From positions 32,001-96,000 of the forward strand of contig JAHQWG010000039.1 of the NCBI GenBank assembly GCA_029856045.1: a stretch of DNA of 64,000 nt. Direction: 5' to 3'. This DNA comes from Promethearchaeia archaeon (GTDB taxonomy: Archaea > Asgardarchaeota > Lokiarchaeia > Sigyniarchaeales > SOKP01). The notes beneath the pieces are model-generated. The model was given only the letters and a program-made list of their open reading frames with translations. It had not been told where the DNA came from and made no database searches. Positions 11,386 to 19,906 of the stretch are shown piece by piece (position 1 is the stretch's first letter; every line of letters begins with the position of its first letter). The translations under genes and the position numbers were made by a program.

Positions 11386-11588
11386 TTTTGAGCACTGTTT
11401 TGAAATTAATATAAAAAATTTTAGATACTTTCAAAGATACTTAATAATCTATAAAATTTTCGAAATTTTCTATTTAGTCTTAAGGTAAATCAAAAATTTA
11501 ATATTTGATTTTTCTTTCATTTGATTATAATAGAGATAAATTGAGATTAATAGTAGAAAAATACGAGAACCGAAAAGCCGAAAAGCAA

Positions 11589-11783
11589 ATGCCTAAAGAA
11601 ATTATCGATGAAAATCAATTCATAGAATTAAGTAAAATTGCTATTCATTGTAGAGTAAAGCGTGGGAAAGAAGATGTTAAATTAAAATTGAGAACTAAGA
11701 AGTATTTATATACTTACAAAACAGATATTAAAACTGCAGATGATCTGATAAATAAAATTGATTGTTCAATTATAGAATTGTGA
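11589..11783 (+). CDS. rpl38e: 50S ribosomal protein L38e
   Basis: MPKEIID...CRVKR...VKLKLRTKKYLYT signature. The likely start is ATG 11589, not the TTG at 11505. Confidence 0.9.
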   Translation: MPKEIIDENQFIELSKIAIHCRVKRGKEDVKLKLRTKKYLYTYKTDIKTADDLINKIDCSIIEL

Positions 11784-11808
11784 AAGAATGTATAAAAGGT
11801 AAAAGAAA

Positions 11809-12312
11809 ATTTTAGATTTACCGGCAGATAAAACATGCATTAAATCGTCATTTTTATGTTCAAATTGTAAGCGAAAGTTAGAAAATAATGAGATATCTCA
11901 GTTTGATTTAGATATCGCAAGAGATCTTTTAGAAATAGAAGCTAAATACCCCTCATTAGAAAAGGCTTCTTTATATAGGACTATTGATTTTGGAGATGCT
12001 GTGATTTTTATTGTAGGAAAGGGAGATAAACTTAGATATAACACGGAGATTTTAAAAATTCTGAGAAAGAAATATAACGTTACATATATAATTTTAGTTG
12101 AAAAAACAAAAAAAATTAGACAAATTGTAGAGAGTTTAATCTCTCCGGGTAAATTGATTGGGTTAAATGAAATTTTTGTGCCTACGGGAGATGTTGAGTA
12201 TAAAGCAATGATTAGTAAGATTGATAAAGACAAAATTCTTTTTACCAAAGATGAGCTTGAAGAGCTTATTGAGGAGATATCTACTCAAATTATAAGAATT
12301 AGTTTTGAATAA
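11809..12312 (+). CDS. Archaeal NusA-like KH-type protein with N-terminal Cys motif; probable non-canonical start
   Basis: Frame is open from 11803 (after TAA 11800-11802): [44 protein letters not shown]...; resembles archaeal NusA-like proteins that begin LPxCxxCxKSxxLCxxC. No ATG, GTG or TTG occurs before 12001. Confidence 0.7.
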   Translation: MLDLPADKTCIKSSFLCSNCKRKLENNEISQFDLDIARDLLEIEAKYPSLEKASLYRTIDFGDAVIFIVGKGDKLRYNTEILKILRKKYNVTYIILVEKTKKIRQIVESLISPGKLIGLNEIFVPTGDVEYKAMISKIDKDKILFTKDELEELIEEISTQIIRISFE

Positions 12313-12364
12313 AAAGATAATTTTTCTTTTTATTGATTGTTTCACTATATATAGAGGATTTCAT

Positions 12365-12727
12365 ATGGTTGCAATTGAATATAAACAAGTTATTTTAGTA
12401 AGGACAGATCTTGGAATGAGTGCAGGAAAGAAGTGTGTTCAATCCTGCCATGCAAGTGTTAGCTCGTCAGATTTAGTTAGAAAACGAGATAAAATAGTTT
12501 GGAAGCAGTGGATTAATCAAGGTCAAAAGAAAATTGTATTAAAAATTAAAACTTTAGAAGAGTTATTATCAATTTATCATAGAGTTTTAAAAGAAAAAAT
12601 ACTATGTTTTTTAGTTCAAGATGCTGGTTTAACTCAATTGGAACCTGGAACTATTACAGCCTTAGGTATTGGTCCGGCGAAATCAGATATATTAGATAAA
12701 ATTAGTGGAGAGCTTAAACTCTTATAA
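12365..12727 (+). CDS. pth2: Peptidyl-tRNA hydrolase 2
   Basis: [44 protein letters not shown]. Likely start ATG 12365. Confidence 0.96.
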   Translation: MVAIEYKQVILVRTDLGMSAGKKCVQSCHASVSSSDLVRKRDKIVWKQWINQGQKKIVLKIKTLEELLSIYHRVLKEKILCFLVQDAGLTQLEPGTITALGIGPAKSDILDKISGELKLL

Positions 12728-12735
12728 CGATTAAA

Positions 12736-14085
12736 ATGGAAAAAATTCGACTTAGAGAAAATGAAAAATTCGTCGGAATCGAATATTATGGAACCATTGA
12801 GAGAGGAATAGGGGGTATTATTAAACATAAATTTAAGGATTTTATTGTTAGGGAGATTACACGAGAAAGAAAAATATTAGAAATAAGGGAAGATCGTCCA
12901 GAGGTAGTTTTCCTACCAACTGGTAATTATACTACTTTTAATGTTACCAAAATAAAACGAGACACATTAGAAGTATTAAATATTATTGCACATGAACTTG
13001 GTATTCCATCTGAGCAAATTTCTTATTCTGGGTTAAAAGACCATCGAGCGATTACTGTCCAACAAATGTCAGTTAAAGGTAATGTAATCGAGAAATTGAA
13101 AAAAATTAAAAAACAAAACATATTTATTAGAGAGATAAGGTCTACAAAACATCGCGTTAAAGTGGGAGACAATTGGGGGAATCACTTTTCAATTATAATT
13201 AGAAATATAGAAGATTATCAAAAATTAAGCAAGAATATTGAAGCAATTAATCAATTTTTAAATAAATATGGGTTCCCAAATTATTATGGCTTACAGAGAT
13301 TTGGAATCTATCGTCCAAATTCTCACCTTATTGGCAAATATATTTTACAAAAGAAATACAAGGAAGCTATAGAAGAATTTTTGATGAGAATTTATTCAAT
13401 TGAAGAGATAAAAAACATAGGTGGAAGGAAAGAAATTTCTGAGAGTATTGAACGACTGAATTCATTTGATGAAATCCCAAGAAAATTTGAATTTGAAAAA
13501 AATATCATTGATTACTTGGCTAAAAATGGAGAAGATTATTTTGGATGCTTAGTATCTATTTCTAAGGGTGTACTTAATTTAGTTATTAGTGCATATCAAT
13601 CTTATTTATTTAACACAGCTCTCTCTAAGAGAATTCAATTGGGTTATCCAAGATTTAAGCCTGTAAAAGGAGATTTAATTGGTATATTAGAGGATGAAAT
13701 GGGCCATCTAACTAAAATAAAGTATTTATACAATGGACATTTAAAAAAACCTTTAAAAAAGGCATTGAAAATTGATCGAGCAGCAATTATTTCCCCAATA
13801 ATAGGGTATGATTCGGAATTAAACCCCTCGCATTTAATGTCTAAAATCTATTTAAAAATATTGAAAGATGAAGCAATAATGAGAGATATTTTTAGCCTTC
13901 CGGAATTTCCAGCTTTAGATTTCCCCGGGACATATAGGCCCATATCTATAAAACCTAGGGGATTGAAAATTGTTAAAATCGATGATGATGATTTATTTCC
14001 TGGGAAAAAGAAAATGAGATTAGATTTTGACTTAAGAAAAGGTTCATATGCAACTTTATTATTGAGGGAATTCATGAAACAATAA
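12736..14085 (+). CDS. truD: tRNA pseudouridine(13) synthase TruD/Pus7
   Basis: DFIVREI, SGLKDHRAITVQ, GNHFSIIIR, FPNYYGLQRFG, SAYQSYLFN, KGSYATLLLRE. Confidence 0.96.
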   Translation: MEKIRLRENEKFVGIEYYGTIERGIGGIIKHKFKDFIVREITRERKILEIREDRPEVVFLPTGNYTTFNVTKIKRDTLEVLNIIAHELGIPSEQISYSGLKDHRAITVQQMSVKGNVIEKLKKIKKQNIFIREIRSTKHRVKVGDNWGNHFSIIIRNIEDYQKLSKNIEAINQFLNKYGFPNYYGLQRFGIYRPNSHLIGKYILQKKYKEAIEEFLMRIYSIEEIKNIGGRKEISESIERLNSFDEIPRKFEFEKNIIDYLAKNGEDYFGCLVSISKGVLNLVISAYQSYLFNTALSKRIQLGYPRFKPVKGDLIGILEDEMGHLTKIKYLYNGHLKKPLKKALKIDRAAIISPIIGYDSELNPSHLMSKIYLKILKDEAIMRDIFSLPEFPALDFPGTYRPISIKPRGLKIVKIDDDDLFPGKKKMRLDFDLRKGSYATLLLREFMKQ

Positions 14086-14161
14086 ATTAATAAGATTATT
14101 TTGTTAAAGTTAAATATCACAATAGAAAAAATTTGAACTATATTAATAGGATTGATTAATT

Positions 14162-15484
14162 ATGTCTATGGATGAGATGGACGACTTTAGAAAAACTCAT
14201 TATACGAAAGATATAATTCCTGAGTTAATAGGAAAAGAAGTAATTCTTGGTGGATGGGTTCAAAATTATCGTGATTTAGGAGGACTGAAATTCATAATTT
14301 TACAGGATAAATTTGGCGAACGACAAATTACATTAAAGAAAGGCGTTGTTTCTAATGATCTTTTTGATATTAAAGTAGGATATCAATGGAATATAATGGT
14401 AAAAGGCATTGTTAAAGAATTTAAAAATGCACCTGGTGGAATAGAGATAATACCTTCCCAAATCAAGATTCTGAATAAAACTCCAGAAAAATTACCTATT
14501 GATATGACTGGAGAAACAGTTTCAGAATTGGATATTAGGTTAGATAACCGAGTTTTAGATTTAAGATCTAAGAAAAATCAAGCCATCTTTCGAATAAGGT
14601 CAGAAGTGATCAATTCAATAAGAGAGTTTCTTTTAAAAAATAATTTTACAGAAATTACAACACCAAAAATTATAGCTTCTGCAACGGAAGGTGGAACAGA
14701 ACTCTTTCCAATAATATATTTTGAGGAGGAGGCATTTTTATCTCAATCAGCTCAACTATATAAAGAACAATTATGTAGTGTTTTTGAGAACGTGTTTGAA
14801 ATAAGTCCTGCCTTCAGAGCCGAAAAAAGCCATACGAAACGTCATTTATGTGAGATTTTTACGTTAGATGTTGAAATGGCTTTTGCAAATATGCAAGATG
14901 TATTAAAATTACTTGAAGAAATGATTCAATTCATAATAAAAGACATTAGAGAAGTAAGATTGGATGATTTAAAATTTTTAAATATGGGAAAAAAAACAAT
15001 TGTTCCTAAAACACCGTTTCCAAGATATACGTATAAAGAGATAATTGAAAAAATTTCAAACGATTTTAATATAAATGTGGAATTCGGAGAAGATATCCCA
15101 ACTGAAGCTTATAGAAAATTAGGTGAAGTATTACCGGGTTATTATTATATTATTGATTGGCCAACATCGAGTAAGCCATTTTATATTTCACCCTATAAAG
15201 ATAAGCCGGAATTAACAGAATCATTCGATTTACAAAAAGGATATCTTGAACTCACATCTGGAGGAACGAGAGTTCATAATAAGGAATATTTAGAGAAAAG
15301 ATTAGAAGAAAAGGGTTTAAACCCCATATCTTTTGAATCTCATCTAAGAATGTTTGATTTTGGCATGCCACCTCATGCTGGGTTAGGGTTAGGTATTGAT
15401 AGATTAATTACTGTTCTCTGTGGACTTGAAGATATTAGAGAGGCTGTAATGTATCCAAGAACACCTGACCGATTAACTCCTTAA
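14162..15484 (+). CDS. aspS: Aspartate--tRNA ligase (archaeal type)
   Basis: OB-fold [48 protein letters not shown]. Confidence 0.97.
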   Translation: MSMDEMDDFRKTHYTKDIIPELIGKEVILGGWVQNYRDLGGLKFIILQDKFGERQITLKKGVVSNDLFDIKVGYQWNIMVKGIVKEFKNAPGGIEIIPSQIKILNKTPEKLPIDMTGETVSELDIRLDNRVLDLRSKKNQAIFRIRSEVINSIREFLLKNNFTEITTPKIIASATEGGTELFPIIYFEEEAFLSQSAQLYKEQLCSVFENVFEISPAFRAEKSHTKRHLCEIFTLDVEMAFANMQDVLKLLEEMIQFIIKDIREVRLDDLKFLNMGKKTIVPKTPFPRYTYKEIIEKISNDFNINVEFGEDIPTEAYRKLGEVLPGYYYIIDWPTSSKPFYISPYKDKPELTESFDLQKGYLELTSGGTRVHNKEYLEKRLEEKGLNPISFESHLRMFDFGMPPHAGLGLGIDRLITVLCGLEDIREAVMYPRTPDRLTP

Positions 15485-15508
15485 AAAATTCTAAAAATTT
15501 TTTATAAT

Positions 15509-16417
15509 TTGAGAAAAATGATTGAAGATTATATAAAAGCTGGAAAGGCGACTAAAAGCGCAAAAAAGTTAGCACGGGAACTCACCAAACCTGGGACTCC
15601 ATTTATTGAAATTTGCGATAAATGTGAAGAAGAAATAATTGAAAATGGAGCAGAATTGGCGTTTCCTTTAAATATTTCATTAAATGAAATTGCAGCTCAC
15701 TATAGTTCTCCAATTGATGATCAGAGTGTAGTACCTGAGGAAGGTTTATTAAAATTAGACTTTGGAGCGCATGTTAATGGATATATCGCTGATACAGCCA
15801 TCACAATTAATTTAAACCAAGATAAAAAATTTGATACATTTGTTACAGCTGCAGAAGAAGCATTAGATGCAGCAATTGAAAACTTTCGACCCGGTGTTAA
15901 ATTATTTGAGATAGGAGAAAAAATTTCAGAGAAGATCATTAAACATGGATTAAAACCGATAATGAACCTTGGAGGACACAGATTATTACAATATACTTTG
16001 CATGCAGGGGAATTTGTTCCTAATTTCAAAGATAAAACTTATAATCAAGAAATTAATATTGGGGATGCATATGCAATTGAACCATTTACCACAAACGGGT
16101 TTGGACGTGTAAAAGATGGAAAAAGTAGTTATATTTATAGATTTCATAAAGATATCAAAAAAAATATACCATATGAACTAAGAACTGCAATAAGCCAAAT
16201 TAAAAAAAATTTTTCTACACTTCCATTTAGCCCCCGAGCGGTTTTAAACAAAAATTTATTTCCAAAAAAAAAAATAATGCCAATTATAAATCGCTTAGCT
16301 GGTAAAGGAGCTCTTCAACATTATCCAATTCTTGTCGAAGTAAGAAATGGATTTGTCGCACAAGCAGAGCATACGGTTGTGGTCAAAGAAAATGAAACAA
16401 TAATAACCACTAAGTAA
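15509..16417 (+). CDS. map: Methionine aminopeptidase type II
   Basis: AAHYS, DFGAHVNGYIADTA, GGH, AIEPF, AQAEHTV. Confidence 0.97.
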   Translation: MRKMIEDYIKAGKATKSAKKLARELTKPGTPFIEICDKCEEEIIENGAELAFPLNISLNEIAAHYSSPIDDQSVVPEEGLLKLDFGAHVNGYIADTAITINLNQDKKFDTFVTAAEEALDAAIENFRPGVKLFEIGEKISEKIIKHGLKPIMNLGGHRLLQYTLHAGEFVPNFKDKTYNQEINIGDAYAIEPFTTNGFGRVKDGKSSYIYRFHKDIKKNIPYELRTAISQIKKNFSTLPFSPRAVLNKNLFPKKKIMPIINRLAGKGALQHYPILVEVRNGFVAQAEHTVVVKENETIITTK

Positions 16418-16424
16418 AGAAAAT

Positions 16425-17291
16425 TTGAAAGAAAAAGTGAAAAATTATAATAAGTTATCTTTAATTATTCTCTGTGCAGGAGAAGGAAAAAGAATTCAAA
16501 AATTCTTTCCAAAAATTCCCAAATCTTTAATAAAAATAAAAAAACTCGATAAATCAATAGTAGAATATACTATAACGCAATTTTTAAATCTAAATTTTAA
16601 TAAAATTTATCTTATCTATGGATATAAAGCGAATATTTTTATTAACTATATTAAAGATTTGGAATCAAAAAATAAAATTGAAAACTTTCACTTAAATAAT
16701 TCAATTTTTCCTGTAAATGCGGAAAAGAATTACAAAAAAGGACCATTTCATTCATTTTTGGAGATTTTAAACGAACCTAATTTTATTTTCGATGATAATT
16801 TCTTCTTATTAATTCCAGGAGATACACTATTTGAAAATGAATTACTTAATACAATACTTGGATGCATTAAAGAAAAAATAAGGGAGAATGCTAATATGCC
16901 AATTATTTTTTATCGTGAATTTGATAAAAATTTAATAGAAATATATAAATTGAAAAAATGTTATTCTATTTCTGCTGTAAATATTTTAAAGCAAAAGAAT
17001 CATGAATTCTTAAAATCTATAGAAAAGATTGATATTAAATCCAAGAAATTAGAGGAACCTATTTTTCAAATGATTCCAGTTTATTTCTTCCCTTCTAAAT
17101 TTTTAAAAGAAATAAGAGATTCGATTGATATTAATCTAGGTGACTACTCAAATTTAAGGGAATTCATCAATAGCCTTTATTTAAAAGAAAAAAAAATTCT
17201 TACCTGCAAAATAAATAAATCTTTAAATTTTTTTGAAGTAGATACAATAGAAGATTTACAGTTTTTAGAAGCACATTATAAAGTAAAATGA
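16425..17291 (+). CDS. Nucleotidyltransferase (NTP_transferase) domain protein
   Basis: IILCAGEGKRI...PKSL, GDTLF, EVDTIEDL. Confidence 0.8.
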   Translation: MKEKVKNYNKLSLIILCAGEGKRIQKFFPKIPKSLIKIKKLDKSIVEYTITQFLNLNFNKIYLIYGYKANIFINYIKDLESKNKIENFHLNNSIFPVNAEKNYKKGPFHSFLEILNEPNFIFDDNFFLLIPGDTLFENELLNTILGCIKEKIRENANMPIIFYREFDKNLIEIYKLKKCYSISAVNILKQKNHEFLKSIEKIDIKSKKLEEPIFQMIPVYFFPSKFLKEIRDSIDINLGDYSNLREFINSLYLKEKKILTCKINKSLNFFEVDTIEDLQFLEAHYKVK

Positions 17292-17301
17292 TTTGAAGAT
17301 T

Positions 17302-17311
17302 AAAAAAAAAA
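17302..17311 (-). terminator. T10 tract, putative terminator of the candidate ncRNA
   Basis: A10 on + (T10 on -) just after the 3' strand of the closing stem and CCC. Confidence 0.55.
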
Positions 17312-17946
17312 GGGGGATAATAGTAGTTTTGCATTAGCAAACTTCAGAATCATTTGAATCCTCTTTTTTTTGATAAATTTTTAATTGAAATAGCGGAAAT
17401 TTTGGAAGATTCTAATTCATTTATCATTCTGGGATCTTGGGATATATCAAGATTATATATCTGAGATTTTTTTTCAAGTAGAACTTGTATTTTATAATTT
17501 CAGAGAAGTCAGTATTATGATTCTCTGTGTCAGAGTTTGGCAAACATTGCATATTATAATAATTGAAAACTAATTTTCACCGAATTTAACCATTATACAG
17601 TGAATCGAGAGCTTATACGATTAATATCTCAATATTTGATTCTTTGTAGCCGATTTTTATTTTAAAGAGAGGTTTTTTGATGGCTTTAGGTTTATTTGAA
17701 CGGAAACTAATTTTCTAATTACTTATCTTACTACCCATGAATCAATTAATTATATCAGAGAAGAACTTATTTGGTTCTCTGTATTATAGTTTGTTTAAGA
17801 AAGACTTTTTATTGATAGAACTTATGATTTAATTGAATAAAAGCCTAGTTTTTGAATTAATTTTTAACGAATTTAATGCAATAACTTTCTAAGGTTCCAG
17901 AAATTTTGTTAGAATATCAAACCAATGCAAACGGATACTATTATCC
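17312..17946 (-). ncRNA. Candidate ~630-nt structured non-coding RNA of unrecognised family
   Basis: No ORF of 60 aa or more in the 730-bp gap. The ends pair (GGATAATAGTA/TACTATTATCC plus TTTGCATTGGT/GCTAATGCAAA with G-U pairs on the minus strand). About 10 internal hairpins, a TATA box at -31 and a T-tract at the 3' end. Confidence 0.65.
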
Positions 17947-17969
17947 AAAATGATATAAGAAAATTCACA

Positions 17970-17977
17970 TTTATAAA
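17970..17977 (-). promoter_or_regulatory. TATA box (TTTATAAA) for the candidate ncRNA
   Basis: Starts 31 nt upstream of G17946 on the minus strand, canonical archaeal spacing. The box is palindromic, so it could also serve the + strand. Confidence 0.5.
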
Positions 17978-18021
17978 TATTTAGAAAATATTTTAATAAG
18001 GTCTTATTATATTAAATCCAT

Positions 18022-18423
18022 ATGAGTGATAATTCTGATAAAATAACAATTAACATAAATATTATTGACTGTGGAACAATTAAAGCAACTTTTTATAGAC
18101 ATTTAAGTCCTTTTTCAGTTACGGAAATTTTAGAAAAATTACCACTTATTATTAGGGGGAGATTTAATTTTATAGGTTCGAAGACTCATTGGATGCTTCC
18201 TCAAATAGGTATATCAGTGGGTCCTGACTCCAAGGCAACGCTAACGGTTGAGAAAGGAGACATTGTTTATTGCCCCCAGACTGACAGTATTTATATCTTT
18301 GTAGAGAATGATAATCTTACAACAAAGATGAATAAAATGGGGAAAATTAATAATATAGAGGATTTAAATTTATTTTCTAATGCAAAGAATGGAACTAATA
18401 CCGAATTAAAATTAAGTAATTAA
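18022..18423 (+). CDS. Cyclophilin-like fold protein
   Basis: RHLSPFSVTEILEKLP...VEKGDIVYCPQTDSIYIF pattern of cyclophilin-like (DUF3830-type) proteins. TTTTAATA lies 31 nt upstream of the ATG, so the mRNA may be leaderless. Confidence 0.7.
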   Translation: MSDNSDKITININIIDCGTIKATFYRHLSPFSVTEILEKLPLIIRGRFNFIGSKTHWMLPQIGISVGPDSKATLTVEKGDIVYCPQTDSIYIFVENDNLTTKMNKMGKINNIEDLNLFSNAKNGTNTELKLSN

Positions 18424-18431
18424 ATGTTGAT

Positions 18432-19238
18432 TTATTCTTCTTTCTTTTGCCGATCTTCCAAATATCGAGTCCAATCGAAACCAAATATAAACATCATAAT
18501 TGTTATTGTAAGAATAAGCATAATACCTTCAATTATCACATCTTGAATTGGAGTTAATTCTGCACCAATCCCTAAAAGTCCTAGTCTCACCAATACTGGC
18601 CAAGTGCAATAGAACAAAGTCGTAAAAGTCTTCCCAATCCATCCAGGCAATAATGCCTTGTACCATTTATAATGAAGCAAACCAAGCGGAATATATAATA
18701 AATCATCTGGGGCAGGAGTAAGGGCAAATAGGAAAATGTATAGGGGAGTTCGTTTATCATTTTCTAAAACCAATTTTCCAAACCCACTTAAATTCTTCAT
18801 ACTTTTGGAACTTGAAACATCTATTAATTTCCCAGCCCCATATCCAGCGATATAGCCAGCTAACTCTCCAATAACACAACCTAATCCCCCAAATACAACA
18901 AAACCCATAATTTCCATCCAAAAATTACTATTAGCTAATATTTCTTCAAATAATAATCCCTGATTTCCGTATTTCATTAATAATGAATTTGATAATGTAA
19001 ATAAAATGAATGGAAAAGGAATTGGGAAGCCAATGCTTGCTGATCCAATCAAACAAACTAAAAAAGCAATAAATAAACCCCAGAAATAATTAGTATCTTC
19101 TGTTAGGACCACAAAAGAAGAGCGCACTGATATTACAAAGTCTTGGAATTCAGGAAAAACAAAAAAACACAAAAGATAAGCCAAAACTATCACATAAAAA
19201 AATATAAAAACATTTAATAATCGCTTGGATAGGGTCAT
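18432..19238 (-). CDS. VTT/DedA-domain membrane protein
   Basis: IGFPIPF, GLGCVIGELAGYIAG, FALTPAPDDLLYIPLG, GWIGK. Confidence 0.8.
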   Translation of the reverse strand: MTLSKRLLNVFIFFYVIVLAYLLCFFVFPEFQDFVISVRSSFVVLTEDTNYFWGLFIAFLVCLIGSASIGFPIPFPFILFTLSNSLLMKYGNQGLLFEEILANSNFWMEIMGFVVFGGLGCVIGELAGYIAGYGAGKLIDVSSSKSMKNLSGFGKLVLENDKRTPLYIFLFALTPAPDDLLYIPLGLLHYKWYKALLPGWIGKTFTTLFYCTWPVLVRLGLLGIGAELTPIQDVIIEGIMLILTITIMMFIFGFDWTRYLEDRQKKEE

Positions 19239-19382
19239 GATAAATTAAAATTAATTTGGGTTATTAATCTTATTTAGTAATGATTCAAGCTCTAATTCTC
19301 AAACACAATACTGATTAAAAAATTTCTAATGGAATAAAGGTAATAAATAGCAGAAAAAAGATTTCTTCTTAGAATCAATGAA

Positions 19383-19769
19383 TCATTTTGTAGATAATTC
19401 GATTTCAATTCTAGATATAATATCTTTATTGTTTTTGTTGTTTTTGTTGTTTTTATTGTTTTTGTTGTAATTTTCGCCTCTCATTCGAGAATCCCGGTTT
19501 TTCCCATAATTCCCATAATTCCCATAATTCCCATAATTACCATAATTACCATAATTATTATTACGAGAACTTATAGATATATTGCTAATATCGATTCCTG
19601 GATACATTCTTCTTTTTAGATCAACAGCGGTTTCGACAGCAGTTGCAATCTCGTCTCCTTCTCCTTTAATTAAAATAGTTCTTGTCCCGGAAGTGAATGC
19701 AAATATACCATCTGTCGTGTATTTGCCTTTGTCCCGTCGATTTCTTACGGTGATAACCTTGGGATTCAT
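19383..19769 (-). CDS. Alba-like DNA/RNA-binding protein with a low-complexity NYG/NNK insertion
   Basis: TILIKGEGDEIATAVETAVDLKRRM...ISNISISS...ISRIEIEL aligns to the Alba pattern (IKARGxAIxxAVDVA...IxIGT...SxIEIxL). Confidence 0.75.
   Translation of the reverse strand: MNPKVITVRNRRDKGKYTTDGIFAFTSGTRTILIKGEGDEIATAVETAVDLKRRMYPGIDISNISISSRNNNYGNYGNYGNYGNYGNYGKNRDSRMRGENYNKNNKNNKNNKNNKDIISRIEIELSTK
19424..19556 (-). repeat. Two 9-bp tandem repeat arrays encoding ~(NNK)4 and (NYG)6
   Basis: (c/a)ccataatt x6 at ~19503-19556 and tttgttgtt-like x4-5 at ~19424-19467. Confidence 0.9.
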
Positions 19770-19906
19770 ATTTTAAAAAAAGATATTTAGAACTTAATAA
19801 TTAAAATTTGACTATACTAAATAAAAACCTTGTTATATTTAAATTATTTTTAGATTGTCAAAGCACAAGTAATTTGAAAATGAAGTATGATTTTTTTAAA
19901 GATGAG

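Noticed and set aside
17312-17946. RNase P RNA, SRP RNA, tmRNA or CRISPR array
   Set aside because: No GAGGAAAGUCC / ACAGAA..CGGCU P4 pair, no SRP helix-8 motif, no tRNA-like ends, and no regularly spaced identical repeats found by eye.
17292-18021. Replication origin or MITE as the explanation for the gap
   Set aside because: A G-string (AAAGGGGG) and GTTCCAGAAA are faintly ORB-like, but there are no repeated full ORB boxes and no cdc6/orc1 nearby. The terminal repeats have no target-site duplication, and the strand-specific G-U pairs, TATA box and T-tract fit a transcript better. Disfavoured, not excluded.
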